A DNA stretch of 64,000 nucleotides from Candidatus Nitrospinota bacterium M3_3B_026 (GTDB lineage Bacteria > Nitrospinota_A > UBA7883 > JBPRGF01): positions 256,001 through 320,000 of the forward strand of contig JBPRGF010000033.1 of NCBI GenBank assembly GCA_051418015.1. The letters are read 5' to 3'. Every line of letters begins with the position of its first letter. The first letter of the stretch is position 1. Below, piece by piece: positions 47,542-56,875 of the stretch. Below the pieces are notes generated by a model. It saw nothing but the letters and a program-made list of their open reading frames with translations. It did not search any database and was not told the DNA's origin. A program made the translations under genes and the position numbers.

Positions 47542-47612
47542 TACCCGAGAGTGTCCAAAATAGCCTGGCTCATACCGGTTCTCCGCCGGATTCTATCACG
47601 TCCCGAAAGCCG

Positions 47613-47641
47613 TTGACACGACGGGCGGATGCGTATAATAT
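47613..47641 (+). promoter_or_regulatory. Putative sigma70 promoter of the cupin gene
   Basis: TTGACA-N15-TATAAT (or N17-TAATAT). Confidence 0.55.
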
Positions 47642-47744
47642 TTAGACTGAATATAAAAATCAACGGGCGCGCCGGGGGGATGTTTCGGGCGCGGCTCGCG
47701 GAGGGGGCTTTGCTAGAACCTGTTTTTGGAGGAGTTTTGAGAGT

Positions 47745-48104
47745 ATGACTACCCAGACAATCCAAAGCGGCGACATCCACGCCAGCGCGGAATGGAAAGA
47801 CGACAGTGTGCCCAAGGTCACCCTTGTGAAGACCGACAAGCTCAGCCTTGACGTCTATTATTTCAACCCGGGCCAGAGGCTCGGCTACCATCGCCATCCC
47901 GAGGGCGACCAGATTTTCACAGTCATAGAGGGCGAGGGCGCCTTTTATCTCAAGGACGAGCAGGAAGAGACCATCACCGTGAAGCCCGGCTCGGTCTTCC
48001 TGGCGCCGGCGAACGTGTGGCACGACCTGCATAACACCGGCTCTGAAAAGCTCATCGCTCAGCAGGTGACAAAGCAGCCGGCTGGCATGGAGAAGATGAA
48101 GTAA
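47745..48104 (+). CDS. Cupin-2 domain protein
   Basis: HRHP..Q..EGEG and PANVWH motifs; GGAGGAG RBS. Confidence 0.88.
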   Translation: MTTQTIQSGDIHASAEWKDDSVPKVTLVKTDKLSLDVYYFNPGQRLGYHRHPEGDQIFTVIEGEGAFYLKDEQEETITVKPGSVFLAPANVWHDLHNTGSEKLIAQQVTKQPAGMEKMK

Positions 48105-48131
48105 GGGCTGGCGCGCCAGGAAGCTTTTTTC

Positions 48132-48168
48132 AAGCGCGGGTCTTTGTTCTAAGGCCCGCGCTTTTTTT
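48132..48168 (+). terminator. Intrinsic terminator
   Basis: aagcgcgggtctt..aaggcccgcgctt followed by a T run. Confidence 0.75.
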
Positions 48169-48191
48169 GTCTTCGGCCGCTGATATCAACG

Positions 48192-49082
48192 TTAAGCAAG
48201 GACGTCCCGCAGGCCTATAAAAACATCGCCCAGCGCCCCGCCGAACTCCGGGGCGGATATCGACACGACCCCTTCCGCCCCGCAGGCGGCCCGGACGCCC
48301 TCGCCCATGGCCGCCTTCACGGATCGAAGGTCGACGCCGTTTATGATTATTTCCAGCACGGAGCCCACCCCCTTCGGCGGAACGTTCCCCGCCTCGTCGC
48401 GCAGGGAAGGACAAAATTTTTCGTTCGTGGACGCGCCGAGGAACTTGTATTTCGAGCCGACTTTAGAAGCTGATCTGCACACGCCGCCGGGGAAGGGGAG
48501 GATGACGCCCGGCATGTGGTCTATGGCTCCCACGGCGCGAATGGCGGCGTCCGCCGCGGATTTTCTATCCCTCGCCATGATGAGAAACGCCCCCCCGGCC
48601 ACGCCTTGTCGAATCGAAAGACTCTCCTCGACGAAAAACTCCCCCTCGGTGACAGGTATCGACCACATCTTTCTGCCATGGACTTTTCGAGGCCGCTCAT
48701 GCCCGTCGCCGAAATAGCGCAACCGCGCGCCGACGTCGAGCTTTTCTCCGCTTTTGCGCCCGCCCCCGCCATCGAAAAGGACCGTGGTGGGGCAGGTTAG
48801 GATCGCCTGTCCGGCTCGGGCGATGAGCTGCTCCTTGAGCTTGCCCTCCGTCCTCGAGAAGAACAGGAGGTATACCCCCGGCCGCCCGTCGGGGGTCTTT
48901 TTGGCCCGGCCCTCGAGGCCCGCCTCGGCGCCGCATCCTATAATGGACGTGGCGAAGCCGGTGGAGGCGCTTGTGGCGGCGGCCAGCCAGTAGTCGTTCT
49001 CCGCGGTGACGAGAACGCGGGCGAAGGGCATTCTGAAAGCCTCCGCGCGCGCGTTTTCTATGAACACGCCGTTGATTTTCAT
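48192..49082 (-). CDS. ftr: Formylmethanofuran--tetrahydromethanopterin N-formyltransferase
   Basis: INGV.IE..AEAF, TGFATSIIGC.AEAG, TPDGRPG, LTCPTT, LRYFGDG, PFPGGVCRSASKVGSKY, EIIING. Confidence 0.92.
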   Translation of the reverse strand: MKINGVFIENARAEAFRMPFARVLVTAENDYWLAAATSASTGFATSIIGCGAEAGLEGRAKKTPDGRPGVYLLFFSRTEGKLKEQLIARAGQAILTCPTTVLFDGGGGRKSGEKLDVGARLRYFGDGHERPRKVHGRKMWSIPVTEGEFFVEESLSIRQGVAGGAFLIMARDRKSAADAAIRAVGAIDHMPGVILPFPGGVCRSASKVGSKYKFLGASTNEKFCPSLRDEAGNVPPKGVGSVLEIIINGVDLRSVKAAMGEGVRAACGAEGVVSISAPEFGGALGDVFIGLRDVLA

Positions 49083-49228
49083 CGGCGTTATTCTAACATC
49101 GGCGGAGGGGCTTTTTGTGGTAGTCTCGGAACTTGGATGGTGGAGAGTTCGTCATTCTGGGCCGCCTGGCTCAGCAAACATTAACACGCTATCCAAACCC
49201 CGCAGCGAATCATCGGGAGGTTTTTTAA

Positions 49229-50065
49229 GTGAGCGACAGCATCATCCTCGAACAGCTCGAGCTGGAGATGATAATAGGTGTCTTTGACTGGGAGCGCAAG
49301 ACCAGGCAGCCGGTGCTCATAGACCTCGAGTTGGAGGTGGACACGGAGCCTGCGGCCAGGACGGACTCCATAGAGCAGGCCGTCGATTACAAGTCGATCG
49401 CCAAGTCCATAATCGTCCGCCTTGAGCCAAGCGAGTTTTACCTTGTGGAGACGGTGGCCGAGACGGTGGCCGAAATATGCCTTTCGAGCGAGGGGGTGAA
49501 GAGCGCCACGGTGAAGGTGTCCAAGCCGGGAGCGGTGCGCGGCTCGAAAAACGTGGCGGTGCGGATAACGCGCCCTTCGGGGGATCATGTTATCTATCTC
49601 GGCGTCGGAGGCAACATCGAGCCGGAGAAAAATATCAAGGCCGGCCTGGAAATGCTGAAAAGCAGGTTCAACGTTAAAGCAGCATCCCCAATGTACCGTT
49701 CCACCGCCTGGGGGGTAAAGGATGAGCAGCCGGACTATTTAAACCTCGCGGTGATGGCCGAAACCGGCAAGGACCTTTTCGGCGTCCGGGCGGAGATACG
49801 CTGGATCGAAGAGCTTCTGGGGCGCAGGCGGACGCTGGACAGGTTCGCCCCCCGCACGCTGGACATAGACCTTTTGCTGTACGACGATCTTGTGTTGGAC
49901 GACGAGGGCGGCAGGCTGCCGCATCCGCAGCTTCTGACGCAGCAATTTGTCTACCTGCCGATGATGGATATCGCCCCCGGCGTCGTGGTTCCGGGAACGG
50001 GAGCGGCGTTGAAGGATATCGAGCCGGAATACGCCGATCCGGATCTTGCGATAAGGAAGGTCTGA
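49229..50065 (+). CDS. folBK: Fused dihydroneopterin aldolase / HPPK
   Basis: IGVFDWER, VDY, LVETVAE, KP (FolB); YLGVGGN, PDYLN, PRTLDIDLL, LPHP (FolK). Confidence 0.92.
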   Translation: MSDSIILEQLELEMIIGVFDWERKTRQPVLIDLELEVDTEPAARTDSIEQAVDYKSIAKSIIVRLEPSEFYLVETVAETVAEICLSSEGVKSATVKVSKPGAVRGSKNVAVRITRPSGDHVIYLGVGGNIEPEKNIKAGLEMLKSRFNVKAASPMYRSTAWGVKDEQPDYLNLAVMAETGKDLFGVRAEIRWIEELLGRRRTLDRFAPRTLDIDLLLYDDLVLDDEGGRLPHPQLLTQQFVYLPMMDIAPGVVVPGTGAALKDIEPEYADPDLAIRKV

Positions 50066-50071
50066 AAAACT

Positions 50072-51562
50072 TCACGTCTCCTCGCCGTCCGAGGCCATGC
50101 GGGCGCGTTCGTGAGCCCAGCGGCGGAGGGCGTCTATATCCTCGGCCATGGTTTTTGAAAGCGGCACGGATGAGCGCAGGGCTATCAATATGTCCTCGGT
50201 GGTGAACTCCCTCTTCGCGTCGAACCCGCTGTACATCGCCTCCACGACGGCCATCTCTATCTCCGCCCCGGAGTAGCCCTCCGCGGTGGCGGCAAGCTCC
50301 GGGACACGGAAGTTTTGCGCGGCGCGCTTTCGTTTCTCGATATGAATCCTGAAAATCTCCGTCCGTTCCCGCTCACGCGGCAGGTCGATAAAAAAAATCT
50401 CGTCGAACCGCCCCTTGCGCAGAAGCTCCGGCGGCAGGTCTGAGATGGAGTTGGCGGTCGCGATGACGAAGACGGGTTTTGTCTTCTCCTGCATCCAGGT
50501 CAGAAACGTCCCGAAGATGCGGGAGGTGACGCCCGCGTCGGTCGCGCCGGAGGATTTTATCCCCGAAAAGCCCTTTTCTATTTCGTCAATCCAAAGGATC
50601 ACCGGCGCGAGGGACTCGGCCGTGGCGATGGCTTTGCGCATGTTCTCCTCGGACGAGCCGATGAACGACGAGAATATTCGCCCCATGTCGAGCCGCAGCA
50701 GCGGCTGGTTCCAGAGGTTTGCGACGGCCTTGGCGGTGAGGCTCTTGCCGCAGCCCTGGACGCCGAGCAACAGGACGCCTTTGGGCAGCGGCAGGCCGTA
50801 TTCGCGGGCCCGCTGAGTGAAAGACTCCCTCCTGGCCGTCAGCCATTTTTTAAGCGCGCTCATCCCGCCCACGTCGGAGATGGTCTCGGAGGCGTCGTAA
50901 TAGTCGAGGGAGGCGGATTTTCTTATGAGCTGTTTTTTCTCGAACAGGACGAGCTCTATGTCACGCTCGTCGAAAACATGGTCGTTGAGCATCGCCTTCG
51001 AAAAGATCCTGCGCGCCTCGGTGATGGTCAGCCCGAGCGTGGCGTCCACCATGGCCTCCTTGCCGTCCTCGTCGAGGGAGGCGGAGAGCTTCGGGTTTCT
51101 CTGGGCGAAGGCCAGGGCCTCGTCGAGCATGGCGCGTATCTCCGCCCGGCCAGGCAGGGGCAGGTCGACAATGGTGATATCTTTCTCCAGCTCCGGCGGT
51201 ATCTTCTGAGACGGGGAGACTATGACCATCGTTTTGCTGGACTTGGCGAAGTCATCCACGACGTCCCGCATGAGGCGGATCACCACGTCGTCTTCCATGT
51301 AGTGGTGGAAGTCGCGAAACATGACTATCGCCGGGTCCGCGCCAGCTATGGCCCGCTCCAGCCCGTCGATGGCGTTATTGCGCGGAGGGTTGCTGATCTT
51401 GCCGGACGTCACAGACCATGTCTCGAACTTTTTCTTGAGGTCTGAGGCGATCTCCTTTAAAAGCTTCTCGGCCCTGTCCTCCTCGAAGGTGAGCAGGTAA
51501 ATAACGGGGTACCTCGATCTTATAAGGAGCTTGAGCTCCTCGGCTGTTTTCGCTATCGGCAT
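50072..51562 (-). CDS. Ycf46-type AAA ATPase (degenerate D1, active D2)
   Basis: [38 protein letters not shown]. Confidence 0.9.
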   Translation of the reverse strand: MPIAKTAEELKLLIRSRYPVIYLLTFEEDRAEKLLKEIASDLKKKFETWSVTSGKISNPPRNNAIDGLERAIAGADPAIVMFRDFHHYMEDDVVIRLMRDVVDDFAKSSKTMVIVSPSQKIPPELEKDITIVDLPLPGRAEIRAMLDEALAFAQRNPKLSASLDEDGKEAMVDATLGLTITEARRIFSKAMLNDHVFDERDIELVLFEKKQLIRKSASLDYYDASETISDVGGMSALKKWLTARRESFTQRAREYGLPLPKGVLLLGVQGCGKSLTAKAVANLWNQPLLRLDMGRIFSSFIGSSEENMRKAIATAESLAPVILWIDEIEKGFSGIKSSGATDAGVTSRIFGTFLTWMQEKTKPVFVIATANSISDLPPELLRKGRFDEIFFIDLPRERERTEIFRIHIEKRKRAAQNFRVPELAATAEGYSGAEIEMAVVEAMYSGFDAKREFTTEDILIALRSSVPLSKTMAEDIDALRRWAHERARMASDGEET

Positions 51563-51571
51563 TTTTTGAGT

Positions 51572-52477
51572 TCAGACCTCCAGAAAGTCGAAGTGGCCCG
51601 CCGGTTTTTCCGCCTTCCTTTCGCCTACGGTGTAGCACGCCACGAACCCCTTGCCATCCGCGGCCACGAACCTGTCCCCCTTCCCGCTCATTTCCACCAG
51701 CGTCCAGGAGTGATCCGTCTTCGTTCTCCACAACACGTCACCGGCGGTGTTCATGACGGCGATGTGCCCGTTCAGGCTCACGGCGGCGACCCTGTCCCCC
51801 TTCGCGTCTACCCCCATTTTGATGACCGGGAACCCAGGGTTGAAGGTCGTCATCTGCCCGTCGGCGAGGTCGATGACGTTGAAACCCGCCTCCCTCGCTG
51901 GCAGGAATATCCTCTCCCCCCGCTCCGTGACCTGCAACCCGCTGACCAGCGTGTCCAGGCTCGTTTCGCCCATGGGGTTGAATCTGTTGTCGTAGCGGGC
52001 GAGCCACCCATGAGCGCTTGCCACGTACAGCGTCCCCGCCCGCGAGGTTATGCGCGCGTGGGCGACGGGCTGGGGGGTGTGGAGGATGCGCGCCCGTTCG
52101 CCCTGGGAGTTTATGATATGCAGTCTGCCCCGCTGGCAGACGACCACGGCGGCCTGGCCTCTCGATTTTATGGCCAGGGTCACGGGCTGCCTGTCCACCC
52201 ATTTTTCCCACTCCAGCTCCGCGTCGCGGGTCACGCGCATGAGCCGCCCGTCACAGGTAAGGATGAAGACGCTCTCCCCGTCGCGGGTGACGCGGGCGGC
52301 GAGGGGGCCGCGGGAAAGTTTCTGGTCCCACAAGATGTTCCCTGTCCGGTCGAGCAGAACTATTCTCTCGCGGCGGTCGAGAACGGTTGTCTCTCCGGTG
52401 TTTTCGGCAAGGGACAAAAACTCCACGGCGCGGCCGTGCTCATGCGTCCACAGCCGGTTGACCTTGAGTCTTTTCAC
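51572..52477 (-). CDS. WD40/PQQ-like beta-propeller protein, no signal peptide
   Basis: Repeats of about 40 aa (G.ILW, ELEW, G.VLW); start uncertain (52477 to 52510). Confidence 0.7.
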   Translation of the reverse strand: MKRLKVNRLWTHEHGRAVEFLSLAENTGETTVLDRRERIVLLDRTGNILWDQKLSRGPLAARVTRDGESVFILTCDGRLMRVTRDAELEWEKWVDRQPVTLAIKSRGQAAVVVCQRGRLHIINSQGERARILHTPQPVAHARITSRAGTLYVASAHGWLARYDNRFNPMGETSLDTLVSGLQVTERGERIFLPAREAGFNVIDLADGQMTTFNPGFPVIKMGVDAKGDRVAAVSLNGHIAVMNTAGDVLWRTKTDHSWTLVEMSGKGDRFVAADGKGFVACYTVGERKAEKPAGHFDFLEV

Positions 52478-52709
52478 TTTTTCGATGTGACGAGAACGGC
52501 ATTGGCGCAAAAACGCTCGGAATCCAGAGTATCTTGCCAGAAAAGCGGCCGCCCGTCGAGCTTTTTAACCCCGCCCGCCATGCGTCCGCCTTGTCGCGCG
52601 CCGCTTTACGCATGGAATGTATGTTATCTTAAAGAGGCGCAGCCGGGCGCCGGTCCGGCGCAGTCCGAAAGTCTTCAACGCTATCGAAACCGAAAGGGGG
52701 CGGGTGGCC

Positions 52710-53099
52710 ATGACCCTCGGCGTGAAAGGCAAAAAAGCCCTGGTGATAGACGATTACCGCAGCATGAGAACCATGCTGAGGGAGACCCTGGAAGGGTACG
52801 GTTTCTCGGTCACAGAGGCGGAGAACGGCCTGGAGGGGCTGGAGAAGTTGCGCGCGGAGCCTTTCGACATGGTGTTCACGGACATCGTGATGCCGGTGAT
52901 GGACGGGCTGGAGTTCTGCCAGGAGGTCAAGACCGACCGGGAGCTTTACCGCATTCCCGTTGTGGCCCTGTCCACCCATACCGACGCCTCGTACCTCATA
53001 AAGGCCATAGACATGGGCGCCGACGATTATGTCCCAAAGCCGATACAGACGCCCCTGCTCGAAAAAGTGATCGCAAGGCTCGCGGATGGAGACCTCTAG
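52710..53099 (+). CDS. Single-domain response regulator (CheY-like)
   Basis: VIDD, FTDIVMPVMDG, ALST, PKP. Confidence 0.9.
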   Translation: MTLGVKGKKALVIDDYRSMRTMLRETLEGYGFSVTEAENGLEGLEKLRAEPFDMVFTDIVMPVMDGLEFCQEVKTDRELYRIPVVALSTHTDASYLIKAIDMGADDYVPKPIQTPLLEKVIARLADGDL

Positions 53100-55191
53100 G
53101 AAGCGGGAGAGCCAGAAGCTCGACCGCATGATGGTCAGGATCGAGCACCTTGACACGCTCCTGAATCTTGTCGGCGAGGTCATCATCACCTCCAACAACA
53201 TCGCCACCACCAATCGGCGAGTTCAGGAGTTCTACGATCGCAAGGAGCCGCTGGACAAGCTGTCGATGGACATGATCCGGTCCTCGGAGCTCATAAGCAA
53301 CAGGATATCCTCCGACCTTCACAGCCTGGTGATGGCCATCCGCATGGTGGAGGTGCGCTCCACCTTCCAGCGTTTCAGGCGCGTCGTCCGCGACGTGGCC
53401 AAGGAAGGGGGTAAACAGGTCGAGCTGGTCACGAGCGGGGAGGATACGCTCGTGGACAAAACCATCGCCGAGAAGCTTTATGATCCGCTGAACCACCAGA
53501 TTCGCAACGCCGTGGACCACGGGATAGAAGATCCCCTGGAGCGCCGCCGCGCCGGCAAGCCGGAGAAGGCGTCCCTCACGCTCAGGGCGTATCAGAGGGA
53601 GAACGACGTCTTCATCGAGGTGGCCGATGACGGCAGGGGGGTTGACCCGGAGGCCGTCGCGAAGGCGGCTGTGGAGAGGGGGCTTGTGGAGGAGGACGAG
53701 CTTTCCAGGATGACCGGCGACCAGAAGCTCGGGTTCATCTTCCATCCCGGCTTCTCCACAAGGTCCACCGCCAGCAGGATATCCGGCCGCGGCGTGGGGA
53801 TGGACGTGGTGAAAAACAACATAGAACAGCTCGGCGGAGAGATCATCATCGACACCAAACCCGGGCGCGGGACGACATTCATCTACCGCATCCCGCAGGT
53901 CACCGCCGTGAATATACTCGACTGCCTGACCATCCGCGCCGGGGTGGGCTATTACGCCCTGCCGATCCTCAACGTCGTGGCGACGCTGGCCGTCCCGGCG
54001 GAGAAGGTCAACTCCGCCCTCGGCAGGGGCAGGACGATAATGTACCTTGGCTCGCTGGTCAGCCTTTTCGACATGGCCGAGCTGCTGGGCGAGGAGCCGC
54101 TGCCCCCGGAAAAGGAGTTGACCGTGGTCATTGTGGAGGCCAAGAACGGGCGGATAGCCCTGCGGGTGTCGGAGCTTCTGAGCCCGGAGAAGCTCGTCTT
54201 CTCGCCGCTGGCGGACATTTTCAGGGTCCAGGGCGTCTCCGGGACGGCGTCGTTTTCGGGGGAGAGGATGGGCCTTGTCGTCCACGTCGAGGAGCTTGTG
54301 AACCGCTCCAGGGGCCTGCTGCCGGAATGGGCGAGGGAGGAGGACAGGCCGGAGGAGGCGGAGGAGCCCGCCGAGGCTGTCGAGCCGGCCATGGCGCGGG
54401 CCGTGGAGGAGGCGGAGGAGCCGGGCGTGGAGGATGAGGCTGTGGCGGAGGGGGAGATATCGCACCGCGAGGAGTTTTTCGCGGAGCTTGAGGATATCCT
54501 GAAAGAAGTGGACCAGGACCTGTTGACCCTGGAGAACAGCCCCGGCGACACGGAGCTTTTGAACCGGATTTTCCGCGCGTTCCACTCCATGAAGGGCAAC
54601 CTCATGATGGTGGGTCTCTCGGAGCTCGGCGGGTTCATCCACGAGGTGGAGGCGGTACTGGACCAGGCCCGGAGCGGGGAGGCCGCGGTGGACTCGGGGG
54701 TGATAGACCTCCTGCTCGACTCCGCCGACGCGGTCAAGGTGGCCCTGGACTCCATGACCAAGGGCGGGGCGCCGAAGATAGACAAGGCTCTCCTGGAAAG
54801 ACTGGAAGGGTATAAAAAGCCGGAGCGGGAGAAGGAGAAAGCGCCGGTGGACGTGACCCAGAGGACTTTCCACATCGGCTCCCTGGAGCGGTTCAACCTG
54901 ATGGCTCTCCGGTACTCGGGCCAGAATGTCTACCAGGTCTATCTTTCTTTCAAGCCGAAGTACCAGAGCCCTTTTCTGGTGGCGCTTCTCATTCTGAAGA
55001 GGATAACGAGGGTAGGGCACGTCTTCGGGTCCGTGCCCACGGTGGAGGAAATAGAGAACCAGAGGATAGAATCCCAGTTGAAGGTGATGTTTTCCTCGGA
55101 GCTTTCCCGGGAGGAGCTGGAAAAATACATACAGGACACCCTTGTGAGGTATTACGACGTCGATGACTACGAGATACTCAAATCCGCCTAG
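53086..55191 (+). CDS. cheA: CheA-family kinase with permuted domain order P3-P4-P5-P1-P2
   Basis: N-terminal LDTLLNLVGEVII (P3); IRNAVDHG, DDGRG, GFST, SGRGVGMDVV (P4); CheW domain; IFRAFHSMKG Hpt at about aa 500; C-terminal P2-like domain. Confidence 0.9.
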   Translation: METSRKRESQKLDRMMVRIEHLDTLLNLVGEVIITSNNIATTNRRVQEFYDRKEPLDKLSMDMIRSSELISNRISSDLHSLVMAIRMVEVRSTFQRFRRVVRDVAKEGGKQVELVTSGEDTLVDKTIAEKLYDPLNHQIRNAVDHGIEDPLERRRAGKPEKASLTLRAYQRENDVFIEVADDGRGVDPEAVAKAAVERGLVEEDELSRMTGDQKLGFIFHPGFSTRSTASRISGRGVGMDVVKNNIEQLGGEIIIDTKPGRGTTFIYRIPQVTAVNILDCLTIRAGVGYYALPILNVVATLAVPAEKVNSALGRGRTIMYLGSLVSLFDMAELLGEEPLPPEKELTVVIVEAKNGRIALRVSELLSPEKLVFSPLADIFRVQGVSGTASFSGERMGLVVHVEELVNRSRGLLPEWAREEDRPEEAEEPAEAVEPAMARAVEEAEEPGVEDEAVAEGEISHREEFFAELEDILKEVDQDLLTLENSPGDTELLNRIFRAFHSMKGNLMMVGLSELGGFIHEVEAVLDQARSGEAAVDSGVIDLLLDSADAVKVALDSMTKGGAPKIDKALLERLEGYKKPEREKEKAPVDVTQRTFHIGSLERFNLMALRYSGQNVYQVYLSFKPKYQSPFLVALLILKRITRVGHVFGSVPTVEEIENQRIESQLKVMFSSELSREELEKYIQDTLVRYYDVDDYEILKSA

Positions 55192-55205
55192 CGGTGGTTT
55201 TCGCG

Positions 55206-56126
55206 ATGGCTGATATCGTGCTGGCGGGCGAACCGGACGAACAGCTGGGGGGAATAGGGCGCATCCTCGAGGGGGCGGGCGAGGCCGTGGAGCGTGTCGA
55301 GATGGAGATAACGGACCCGGCGTTCGCCGGCAGGCTGGGGAATCGGCGGTTCGGGGTCATCATCTCCAGGTTTCACGAAGGCGACCTGGCCTCCATAAAG
55401 GCGATGCAGTCGATCAGGATCGACAGGCCGTTCCTGAGCTTCATATTCATCTCCGACAGGGACATCCCGGCGTCGGTCCTGACGCTCATGTTCAACGAGG
55501 GGGCCTACGGGGCGCTCAGCGAGCCGCTCTCGGAGTCCTCGGCGGCCAGGCTCGTGAAACAGGCCATCAAGAAATCCCGGTGGAGCCTGGACGAGGCGGG
55601 CCTGAAGGAGGAGCTGAAACGCTCCAACGAGACCCTGAGAATGGAACTGGAGGAGAAGGAGAAAAAAATATCCAGACTCGAAGGCAGGGCGGGGGAGATG
55701 GAGCGGTTATGCTATTTTCTGCTTTCCGACAGGAGTTTCAGGCCGAAGACGATCAAAACCCTCTTCGTGTCGGACTCCGCCTACCAGCGCGGCCTGATCG
55801 AGGAGCGGTTCGCCAGGGCCGGTTTCCAGGTGATTGGGACGGACAGCGCGGAGAACGCCCTCCGCGAAATAAAAAACTTCAAACCGGATATCGTCGTGTC
55901 GGACCTGGAGCTTCCCGGCATGTCGGGCCTGGAACTGGCTCGGGAGGTGAAAGGCGGGGCCGGATATCCCCCCGTCCATTTCGTCATACTCACCGCCGGG
56001 GAGGGCAGGGCCGGTAGCGTCCTCGCTCCGGGGACCATGGTTGACGATTTAGTGATAAAACCGGCAGGGGAGGGTGATTACGACCGTGTGGTGGCGGAAG
56101 TGTCGCTGGGCATCCTGCGCCTGTGA
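55206..56126 (+). CDS. Pseudo-receiver + coiled coil + receiver protein
   Basis: N-terminal REC-like fold without the Asp; C-terminal VVSDLELPGMSG, ILTA, IKP. Confidence 0.8.
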   Translation: MADIVLAGEPDEQLGGIGRILEGAGEAVERVEMEITDPAFAGRLGNRRFGVIISRFHEGDLASIKAMQSIRIDRPFLSFIFISDRDIPASVLTLMFNEGAYGALSEPLSESSAARLVKQAIKKSRWSLDEAGLKEELKRSNETLRMELEEKEKKISRLEGRAGEMERLCYFLLSDRSFRPKTIKTLFVSDSAYQRGLIEERFARAGFQVIGTDSAENALREIKNFKPDIVVSDLELPGMSGLELAREVKGGAGYPPVHFVILTAGEGRAGSVLAPGTMVDDLVIKPAGEGDYDRVVAEVSLGILRL

Positions 56127-56214
56127 GGGCTGGAGCCATGCGGGCGGGACAGGATGATCCCGCCTCACCGATGACTCGCGGGCGGAGGCGGGAAAAATCC
56201 AGCGAGTGGCCAAC

Positions 56215-56595
56215 TCAGTCGGCCTTGCCGGACTTGAGCTCGCGCCGGATATTTCTCAGGCGGGCGGCCTGCTTCTCCAGCTTGCCTATCTGCTCGTCCA
56301 CCCGGCCGAGAAGATTCTTTACGGCGTCGTCGATGTCCTCCACCCTGTCGGGGAAAGGCTCGCCCTCGCCGGTCATAAGCCAGTCCAGAGAACACCTGGT
56401 GTAGTTCCTGATCTTGATGAGGTTCTCGTATTTCGGGATCTTCTCCTTCTGCCAGTAATACTGGAAAAGACCCTTCTCTATCCCGACCTTCTTGCACCAG
56501 GCGTAGGGCTTGTCATCGCCGATCAGGAACCTCAGCCTGTCTTTGAAGGTTTTCAGCTTGGCCGGCTTTTTCCGGGTTGTCTTTTTGGCGCTCAT
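56215..56595 (-). CDS. CI/XRE-like HTH regulator with a C-terminal coiled coil
   Basis: FKDRL..., P..ENL.KI, SLDWLMTGEG; GAGG RBS; no S24 peptidase domain. Confidence 0.8.
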   Translation of the reverse strand: MSAKKTTRKKPAKLKTFKDRLRFLIGDDKPYAWCKKVGIEKGLFQYYWQKEKIPKYENLIKIRNYTRCSLDWLMTGEGEPFPDRVEDIDDAVKNLLGRVDEQIGKLEKQAARLRNIRRELKSGKAD

Positions 56596-56875
56596 TTTTT
56601 ACTACCTCGTACACTTAAGCTATACTCTTCATTCTAATTTAAGATTTATTGTACCCGATGTAAAGAGCGAAACAGTGCTAAAATTGAATAATCCATAAAA
56701 AAGATGCGTTTTTTATAACACAATAAATATCAAGAAGATATCCTGTAACGAAGCCGCGTTTTTATGGTATGACGTGTTACGATTTTACCGCTCCGGGCCG
56801 GTCGCTTGCCCGGGATGTTTTATAACCCACAAGTACGCCAATTATTACCAGCGTCTCCTCGGGCTCGCCTGTGGC

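Noticed and set aside
48192..49082. Evidence for methanogenesis or archaeal contamination
   Set aside because: A single gene in a uniformly bacterial context; bacterial FhcD homologues are known
52710..53200. cheA truncated by a frameshift that removed an N-terminal Hpt
   Set aside because: The upstream DNA is an intact cheY-like gene, and an intact Hpt is in frame near the C-terminus
56215..56595. Prophage immunity region
   Set aside because: No integrase, cro, replication or structural genes; flanks are chemotaxis genes
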